DNA of 63,084 nucleotides, filler included, from Octopus bimaculoides (Eukaryota): assembly GCF_001194135.2 (NCBI RefSeq). It is 4 parts of 4 records of this genome, joined end to end, with 100 filler letters (N's around TTAATTAATTAA, not from the genome) between each part and the next. Parts side by side here need not be neighbours in the genome. Positions count along the whole stretch, not along the records: positions 54,236 to 63,084 come from NC_069007.1; 3 more parts are not named here. One strand, 5' to 3'. The notes below the pieces were generated by a model. That model was given only the letters and a program-made list of their open reading frames with translations, did no database searches and was not told the DNA's origin. This document shows, one piece after another, positions 55,457 to 63,084 of the stretch; the stretch's first letter is position 1, and each line of letters opens with the position of its first letter. The translations under genes and the position numbers were made by a program.

Positions 55457-55690
55457 TGTCATCATTTAACATCCATTTTCCCACACTTGGATCAGACAAT
55501 TCGTTGAAGCAGATTTTCTACAGCTGGATACATTTCCTGATGCCAACTCTCACCTGTCTCTAAACAAATGAATATGTCTCCATGGCAGAACATGTTCTTC
55601 CCCGAAAGACTCGAAATGAACAACACTGCGTGTGTGACAGGGATGCTCGTTTACAGCCACTATATGAGGTGAAGACAAGGCTACACACAG
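55457..55690 (-). mobile_element. SINE-like fragment with the CATCCAGCTGTAGAAA...GTTAAATGATGA tail
   Basis: Tail homologous to 56250-56392 in the opposite orientation. Confidence 0.6.
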
Positions 55691-55809
55691 GTGTGTGTAT
55701 ATATATAGTAAGGATGGCTTGTTTGCAGTTTTTCGACTGAAGGGGAAAATATTTATGTCACTAAAGTGACCAACGGTGCTATTCAGCAAAATTATTGTTA
55801 GAAACAAGA

Positions 55810-56392
55810 GACCTGGCTCGCGTACCAGTGGCCCGTAAAAATCACTATCCGAACGTGATCGATGCCAGGGTCGTCTGATTAGTGCTGGTGGCACATAAAA
55901 AGTACTATCCAAACGTGATCGATGCCAGGGCTGCCTGACTGGCTCCCGTGGCAGTCGCATGTAAAAAAGCACTATCCAAGCGTGGCCGATGCCAGTACCC
56001 CCTGACTGGTTCTCATGCTGGTGACACATAAAAAGCACTATTTGAACGTGATCAATGCCAGGGCCGCCTGATTAGCTCCTGTGCCGGTGGTATGTAAAAA
56101 AAAAATCACTCCGAACGTGATCGATGCCAGGGTCGTCTGATTAGTGCTGGTGGCACATAAAAAGTACGATCCAAACGTGATCGATGCCAGGGCCACCTAA
56201 CTGGCTCCTGTATCGGTGGCACGTAAAAGGCACTCGCTACACTCTCGGAGTGATTGGCGTTAAGAGGGCATCCAGCTGTAGAAACATTGCCAGATCAAAT
56301 TAGAGCCTGGTGCAGCGCTGGCTTTCCAGACCTCAATCAAACCGTCCAACCCATGCCAGCGTGGAAAACGGACGTTAAATGATGATGATGAT
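55810..56392 (+). mobile_element. Retroposon with an internal 58-71-bp tandem array and a (GAT)n-ending tail
   Basis: Six units of CACTATCCrAACGTGATCGATGCCAGGG... starting at 55843, 55903, 55970, 56036, 56107 and 56165, then GGCATCCAGCTGTAGAAA..GGAAAACGGACGTTAAATGATGATGATGAT. Confidence 0.8.
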
Positions 56393-56520
56393 TAAGAGTG
56401 AAAACAATTTACAGCCACAATAAGCTCCATCTTCTTGACTGACAAGGGGAGGAAAGCTCCCTACTATAAGATGCTGCTTATTGTGGATATGAGTTGTTTT
56501 GACTGTTATTTCTAGTAATT

Positions 56521-56811
56521 TATTTATGTGCCCTTTCAAGCTTAGCCAGGCTCATGGGCCCGGTTTCTATGGCGTATGCGTCCCCTCCTTCCAGCTGGAC
56601 GGGACGCCAGTCCATCACAGCGTTGCTCAAGAAACAGGAAGAAAGAGTGAGAGAAAGTTGGAGCGAAAGAGTACAACAGGGGTCGCTACCAACCCCTGCC
56701 GGAGCCTCGTGGAGCTTTTAGGTGTTTTCGCTCAATAAACACACACAACGCCCGGTCTGGGAATCGAAACCGCGATCGTGCGGTCGCGAGTCCGCTGCCC
56801 TAACCACTGGG
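56521..56811 (-). mobile_element. SINE with family E head and body joined to the family C (V-like) tail
   Basis: 56631-56811 matches 57040-57205; 56521-56625 matches the reverse complement of 52200-52304. Confidence 0.85.
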
Positions 56812-56846
56812 TTAAATTCAAAGTCATCTAAGATAATGCTTCTAAT

Positions 56847-57222
56847 TTTTTTGTTGGCACTCCGTCGCTTACGACGTCAAAGGTTCCAGTTGATCCGATC
56901 AACGGAACAGCCTGCTCGTGAAATTAACGTGCAAGTGGCTGAGCACTCCACAAACACGTGTACCCTTAACGTAGTTCTCGGGGAGATTCAGCGCGACATA
57001 GTGTGACAAGACTGACCGTTTGAATTCCAGGCACAACGGAAACAGGAAGTGAGAGTGAGTGAAAGTTGTGGTGAAAGTACAGCAGGGTTCGCTGCCGGAG
57101 CCTCGTGGAGCTTTTAAGTGCTTTCGCTCAATAAACACTCACAACGCCCGTTCTGGGAATCGAAACCGCGATCCTATGACAGCGAGTCTGCTGCCCTAAC
57201 CACTGGGCCATTGCGCCACCAC
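56847..57222 (-). mobile_element. Full-length SINE family E with a 12-bp target-site duplication
   Basis: AATGCTTCTAAT at 56835-56846 and 57223-57234; A box TGGCCCAGTGG, B box GTTTCGATTCC; second copy at 61077. Confidence 0.92.
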
Positions 57223-57254
57223 AATGCTTCTAATAGACGAACCTATATTCACAT

Positions 57255-57740
57255 ACAGAAAATATCGGTCAAATTAATATAACTGAAAATACGTTAACAA
57301 GGTTATAAAGGCAATCCAAGAGAGGCTAAATTCAAAGTGAAGTGAGTAAATATCTCTAATAGACGAATGCATGCAAAAAGAACGTTCAGAAGAAATATAA
57401 TATTCTAAGAAAAACTAGCTTAGTATTTAAGTTTTAATGACGTCAGTAGATAACGAAAGAATGAAAAAAAAACAACATAGGTATTCTAGAATAGGATAAT
57501 TAGAAACATTGAAGTTCTATGTCACGACAATTAGTTATCTATCAATTAAATATGTATCATTCTGTAATCTAGATTTCCAAATTGTAGCAGATAATACTTA
57601 CGATCCCCTGTTATTATCTTACGTTGATAAACTATATTCTTTCTTAGACACTGATTTTCTAAAGGACAGATAAATTCGTTTTTGAAATTACAAAAGCATT
57701 TATCCACTTGTATGTGCTACTCATGGTTGAAAGAATTATT
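57255..57740 (+). repeat. Unclassified interspersed repeat, copy 1
   Basis: Aligns with indels to the reverse complement of 60340-60810 (e.g. TAATCTAGATTTCCAAATTGTAGCAG). Confidence 0.8.
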
Positions 57741-57796
57741 GCTAATCCTCCTCAAGGCAGGATTGTTATTAATATTATAATCAATATTAACTTACA

Positions 57797-58185
57797 TCCC
57801 CAGAACAACCCAGAATTAAATTAAAGGACCATAAACCTAATTTTGACACCGATCCATAAGTTAGACTAATTTGCCCGAATATTGGTAAAATATATAAATT
57901 TATTATCGATAAGTATATTCCTAAGCTTCGACAAAATATTAGTTAATGTTTTTGGTCTAATTCATTGGAAATAGTTGACTGATTCATTAATATCAAGGAT
58001 AAATAATTATCGGGTTGGTCACGGTGCCTTTTCTAAGTACGTTTTCTACTTTCCTAACTAGGTGCCCTCTACTCTAGACTTTTCTCTCGCTATTTTTTTT
58101 TTTACTAAGCTTTAAAGCCTCTACTCTAATCGCCCTTTTCAGCGCTATTCACCATAAGTTGTTGACAACAGATGATGGATAGCAA
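57797..58185 (+). mobile_element. Penelope-like RT N-terminal fragment plus a probable pseudo-LTR remnant
   Basis: 57797-58003 reads SPEQPRIKLKDHKPNFDTDP*VRLICPNIGKIYKFIIDKYIPKLRQNIS*CFWSNSLEIVD*FINIKDK, matching the Penelope KDHKxNF..PxxRLIxP..IGKI.K.ILD...W.N...V..WF motif. Confidence 0.75.
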
Positions 58186-58249
58186 GTTAGTCGAGCAGTA
58201 GTTGACATCCGTCAACATCCGCTGAAATAACTTGCTAACCCGGTCTCTG

Positions 58250-58590
58250 AAAATCTGGCACGTTTAGAGAGAGAGCCACAACAAACAGTAGTGCCGGTAC
58301 AGTTCCCCGAGGAACTTCGTTGTGTATTGATGTCTCCACAGAGAGAGCACCATTGGCTGCAACTGTCCGACTTCTGTCATCTAAAAAGTCGTGCAGCCAC
58401 TCTCGCAGTTTTCCAGTGATACCAAGGTCGCGTAGTTTGTGACATATCATCCCATAATCAACTTTGTCGAAGGCTTTGGCAAAGTCCAGGTATATCGCAT
58501 CCACATTTGAGTAGTTGAACCTGTTTGAGTATTCAATCATAATGTAGTAGCTGTGTGAGGCAGCCCCTTCCTAGGCGGAAACCCACACAG
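58250..58590 (-). mobile_element. CR1-clade LINE reverse transcriptase fragment
   Basis: GFRLGRGCLTQLL and VDAIYLDFAKAFDKVDYGMICHKLRDLGITGKLREWLHDFL..EVPRGTV. Confidence 0.85.
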
Positions 58591-59239
58591 TCCTTCCGAG
58601 CGTCCAAAATACTATTCCTGTCCTCCACTAGTATTAAAGTGATAGACGTTCCCAAGAAGGTTTCTAGAAACCTGAAGAAATCTGGCTTTCCAGCACTGTT
58701 GGAGCATAATCCGTCCTCAGTCTAAAAGCGCCACCTTCACTGCCATTCACGTCCAGGGCCATCCCTCGACCACCCGGGTCCAGAAAGATAGCCTGTACTT
58801 GGAGATCTAAGGATTTCCGGGGTAGCATTGCTACACTGCCACCAGCTTCCGGTAGACCACAAGATGAGAATACCTCGTAGTCCTCGAAAATGGATGCTAG
58901 AGCGTGTTTTCCGTTGATCCTTGTTTCACTAATAGCAACCATATCTAAATCAAGCCACCTGAGATCATTAAGCAAGTGACCTTACTTCCAAGCTAATCCC
59001 AGGCCCCGCACATTCACACATCCCATTCTCAACACAGTCATGCTAGTCGGAGAAAGAAAAAAAGGAGAAGTTACTCACCTTGAATTTCGAGAAGCCCGGA
59101 AGTTCTGGGCCTCTCTACTAACGAAAAATTATTAAAAGCCCCTTCTAACTGCCTTTTATCAACTGATTTTTAAAATATCTCCGCACTACATGGGAATTTT
59201 TCTCTTATAGTTTTATAAACGTCTGACGACGTTTTAATT
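58591..59239 (-). mobile_element. L1/Tx1-like LINE remnant: probable end of ORF1 and start of ORF2 (APE endonuclease)
   Basis: ATG at 59041: MTVLRMGCVNVRGL..DMVAISETR..GGSVAML..FLDPGGR..LDV..FRLRTDYAPT..LILVEDRNSILD, the APE motif series. Confidence 0.75.
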
Positions 59240-60339
59240 NNNNNNNNNNNNNNNNNNNNNNNNNNNNNNNNNNNNNNNNNNNNNNNNNNNNNNNNNNNNN
59301 NNNNNNNNNNNNNNNNNNNNNNNNNNNNNNNNNNNNNNNNNNNNNNNNNNNNNNNNNNNNNNNNNNNNNNNNNNNNNNNNNNNNNNNNNNNNNNNNNNNN
59401 NNNNNNNNNNNNNNNNNNNNNNNNNNNNNNNNNNNNNNNNNNNNNNNNNNNNNNNNNNNNNNNNNNNNNNNNNNNNNNNNNNNNNNNNNNNNNNNNNNNN
59501 NNNNNNNNNNNNNNNNNNNNNNNNNNNNNNNNNNNNNNNNNNNNNNNNNNNNNNNNNNNNNNNNNNNNNNNNNNNNNNNNNNNNNNNNNNNNNNNNNNNN
59601 NNNNNNNNNNNNNNNNNNNNNNNNNNNNNNNNNNNNNNNNNNNNNNNNNNNNNNNNNNNNNNNNNNNNNNNNNNNNNNNNNNNNNNNNNNNNNNNNNNNN
59701 NNNNNNNNNNNNNNNNNNNNNNNNNNNNNNNNNNNNNNNNNNNNNNNNNNNNNNNNNNNNNNNNNNNNNNNNNNNNNNNNNNNNNNNNNNNNNNNNNNNN
59801 NNNNNNNNNNNNNNNNNNNNNNNNNNNNNNNNNNNNNNNNNNNNNNNNNNNNNNNNNNNNNNNNNNNNNNNNNNNNNNNNNNNNNNNNNNNNNNNNNNNN
59901 NNNNNNNNNNNNNNNNNNNNNNNNNNNNNNNNNNNNNNNNNNNNNNNNNNNNNNNNNNNNNNNNNNNNNNNNNNNNNNNNNNNNNNNNNNNNNNNNNNNN
60001 NNNNNNNNNNNNNNNNNNNNNNNNNNNNNNNNNNNNNNNNNNNNNNNNNNNNNNNNNNNNNNNNNNNNNNNNNNNNNNNNNNNNNNNNNNNNNNNNNNNN
60101 NNNNNNNNNNNNNNNNNNNNNNNNNNNNNNNNNNNNNNNNNNNNNNNNNNNNNNNNNNNACGCGCCCAAGACAATTTTGTTTTTTGTCTCTCAGGAACAT
60201 TTTCTACCTGGTGTGATTTAACTTCGTTGCAGCGGTATGGGACCCTGCATCTCAAAATATTCCGATGGAGGCTTTAGGGCTACCCTTCTCCCATTCCTTT
60301 TAACGATTTTCCTTGCTATTTTAAAATCCCCATCTATGC

Positions 60340-60810
60340 TAATTCTTTTAATCATGAGTACCACAAACGAGTATACAAATGCTTTTGTAATTCCAAAAAC
60401 GAATCTATCTGTCCTTTTGGAAATCAGTGCTTAAGGAAGAATATAGTGTATCAATGTAAGATAATAACAGGGGGGGGGGGTCACAAGTATTATTACATCG
60501 GTGTACCTGCTACAATTTGGAAATCTAGATTACATAATCGAGCACATTTAATAGATAAATTAATTGTCGTGACATAGAATTTCAATGTTTCTAATTGTCC
60601 TAACCTAGAATTCCTATGTTATTTCACTGTTTCGTTATCTACTGACGCCATTAAAAGTTAAATACTAAACTGTTTTTCCTAAGAATATATTTCTTCTCAA
60701 CGTTCTTTTTGTGTGCGTTCTTCTATTAGAAACATTATTTTGGATTGCCTTGATAACCTTGTGTTAACATGCATTTCCAGCTATATGAATTTGACTGATA
60801 TTTTCTGTAT
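60340..60810 (-). repeat. Unclassified interspersed repeat, copy 2
   Basis: Inverted homolog of 57255-57740. Confidence 0.8.
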
Positions 60811-60829
60811 CTAAATACGTTGAATGCAA

Positions 60830-61076
60830 TGTCGCTATCGGTTCAAATATGCTTGTGGCACGTTTGGACTAATAAACTAGCCAATCACTGTTTTGCCATG
60901 GAGAAAATTTCGGAGCATTTTGCAGCGTTTCAAAGTAGCTATCTCCTCTTCGGTGAGTAGTCCAAAGTAGTGATAGTCGGAAGGGGAGAGAACTGGACTG
61001 TATGCAGAGTGTTCCAGCAACTGGAAACCCATCTTTTCTATGGTTTCAACAGTATGAGCGACAGTATGCAGAATGT
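60830..61076 (-). mobile_element. mariner transposase C-terminal fragment, interrupted by a SINE
   Basis: HTVETIEKMGFQLLEHSAYSPVLSPSDYHYFG corresponds to the mariner HPPYSPDLAPSDYHLF motif. Confidence 0.85.
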
Positions 61077-61355
61077 GGAGGCGCAATGGCCCAGTGGTTA
61101 GGACAGCGGACTCGCGGTCATAGGATCGCGGTTTCGATTCCCAGACTGGGCGTTGTGAGCGTTTATTGAGCGAAAACACCTAAAAGCTCCACGAGTCTCC
61201 GGCAGGAGATGGTGGCGAACCCTGCTGTACTCTTTCACCACAACTTTCTCTCACTCTTACTTCCTGTTTCTGTTGTGCCTGTAATTCAAAGGGTCAGCCT
61301 TGTCACGCTGTGTCACGCTGAATATCCCCCGAGAACTACGTTAAGGGTACATGTG
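61077..61355 (+). mobile_element. SINE family E, cut off by a gap
   Basis: GGAGGCGCAATGGCCCAGTGGTTAGG..; colinear with the reverse complement of 56960-57222. Confidence 0.92.
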
Positions 61356-61971
61356 NNNNNNNNNNNNNNNNNNNNNNNNNNNNNNNNNNNNNNNNNNNNN
61401 NNNNNNNNNNNNNNNNNNNNNNNNNNNNNNNNNNNNNNNNNNNNNNNNNNNNNNNNNNNNNNNNNNNNNNNNNNNNNNNNNNNNNNNNNNNNNNNNNNNN
61501 NNNNNNNNNNNNNNNNNNNNNNNNNNNNNNNNNNNNNNNNNNNNNNNNNNNNNNNNNNNNNNNNNNNNNNNNNNNNNNNNNNNNNNNNNNNNNNNNNNNN
61601 NNNNNNNNNNNNNNNNNNNNNNNNNNNNNNNNNNNNNNNNNNNNNNNNNNNNNNNNNNNNNNNNNNNNNNNNNNNNNNNNNNNNNNNNNNNNNNNNNNNN
61701 NNNNNNNNNNNNNNNNNNNNNNNNNNNNNNNNNNNNNNNNNNNNNNNNNNNNNNNNNNNNNNNNNNNNNNNNNNNNNNNNNNNNNNNNNNNNNNNNNNNN
61801 NNNNNNNNNNNNNNNNNNNNNNNNNNNNNNNNNNNNNNNNNNNNNNNNNNNNNNNNNNNNNNNNNNNNNNNNNNNNNNNNNNNNNNNNNNNNNNNNNNNN
61901 NNNNNNNNNNNNNNNNNNNNNNNNNNNNNNNNNNNNNNNCCGGTATATATTGTCTGCGTGTGCGTGCGTGT

Positions 61972-62186
61972 ATTATTTCGTTATTGCCCACAAGGGGCTA
62001 CACACAGAGGGGACAAACAAAGACAGACAAACGGATTAAGTCGATTACATCGACCCCAGTGCGTAACTGGTACTTATTTAATCGACCCCGAAAGGATGAA
62101 AGGCAAAGTCGACCTCGGCGGAATTTGAACTCAGAACGTAGCGGCAGACGAAATACCGCTAAGCATTTCGCCCGGCGTGCTGACGC
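61972..62186 (-). mobile_element. SINE family B with an alternative 3' tail
   Basis: ATCGACCCCGAAAGGATGAAAGGCAAAGTCGACCTCGGCGGAATTTGAACTCAG; its tail differs from 44581-44630. Confidence 0.88.
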
Positions 62187-62441
62187 GTATGTGTGTATGT
62201 GTGCATGTGTGTGCTCATGGGTGGGTGTGTAAGATGTGATAGTGCATACATTTGCATAATGTATGTTAATAGAAAACTAATTCATGTTGTTGTCAGCCTA
62301 TATTTGGTTACGTTATATCTTTGAGAAAAGTCTTTATATAATGATATGAAACTCAGAAAAGATTGTCACACGATTTGTTTTTAGGTCGCGAGCTGTTGTC
62401 TGAGTTTTATCATTTAAAAAGAAACCAGAACGTTTCCAACA

Positions 62442-62669
62442 ATGTCCATCAGATATCTTCTGTTTGTGGGCATTTGTCTTGGCATTGCCAGAGATGTTTA
62501 CACGGAGGATTTGACCCTGAAATCTGGTGAGACCAGCAACGCTGCCGTCGAGGCAACCATAAGAAAAATCAGAACAAAATGTGTTCTGGCACAAGACTAT
62601 TATTTCCTGAGACGGTTAGCAGAGGCCCAGATGAACTCTACCTCAGCGACAACGGGTGGAATATGGAGG
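62442..62669 (+). CDS. First coding exon (76 aa, partial CDS) of a secreted protein with a probable lysozyme-like N-terminal domain
   Basis: Acceptor ATTTGTTTTTAG|62385; in-frame TAA at 62415-62417; ACAATG Kozak context; MSIRYLLFVGICLGIARDVYT signal-like peptide; then EDLTLKSGETSNAAVEATIRKIRTKCVLAQDYYFLRRLAEAQMNSTSATTGGIWR; phase-0 donor AGG|GTAAGT at 62670. Confidence 0.85.
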
Positions 62670-62781
62670 GTAAGTACAAGATATGCTAATATACACACAG
62701 GCGAACACAATCATGCAGTTTATGCATAAATACATCATGCATACATACATATATCATATATACGTACAAACGTGTTTGTGT

Positions 62782-63084
62782 ATTCTTTTATTCTTTTATT
62801 CTTTTACTTGTTTCAGTCATTTGACTGCGGCCATGCTGGAGCACCGCCTTTAGTCGAGAAAATCTACCCCAGGACTTATTCTTTGTAAGCCTAGTACTTA
62901 TTCTATCAGCCTCCTTTTGCCGAACCGCTAAGTTACGTGGACATAAACACACCAGCATCGGTTGTCAAGCGATGTTGGGGGGACAAACACAGATACACAA
63001 ACACACACACACATACATATATATATATACATATATACGACGGGCTTCTTTCAGTTTCCATCTACCAAATCCACTCACAAGGCT
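62782..63084 (-). mobile_element. SINE family A in the intron, running off the window end
   Basis: Reverse complement matches 49735-50068. Confidence 0.92.

Noticed and set aside
55837-56235. CRISPR-like repeat-spacer appearance
   Set aside because: The 'spacers' are homologous to each other, the context is a eukaryotic retroposon, and there are no cas genes.

Overview
AT-rich eukaryotic genomic DNA from a gapped draft assembly. The SINE families and the very high microsatellite density point to an octopus (Octopus sp.); this is inferred from repeat content only. The window is almost all intergenic or intronic sequence filled with simple repeats and decayed mobile elements. These include several R4/Dong-like non-LTR retrotransposons (RT plus restriction-like endonuclease) sitting in (TAA)n arrays, one of them nearly full length at 18556-21890 (-). 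There are also about 20 tRNA-derived SINE copies built from shuffled modules, Penelope, CR1, L1/Tx1, mariner and Tc1 remnants, foldback MITEs and degenerate ~165-bp tandem repeats. Only one host-gene exon is well supported: 62385-62669 (+), with acceptor, in-frame upstream stop, Kozak ATG, signal peptide and phase-0 GTAAGT donor. It encodes the N-terminus of a secreted protein that resembles invertebrate lysozyme-like domains but appears to lack the catalytic ES motif. Most entries in the ORF track are microsatellite or N-gap artefacts. Three N44-TTAATTAATTAA-N44 spacers are artificial scaffold joins. All family assignments come from motif recognition; no database search was run.
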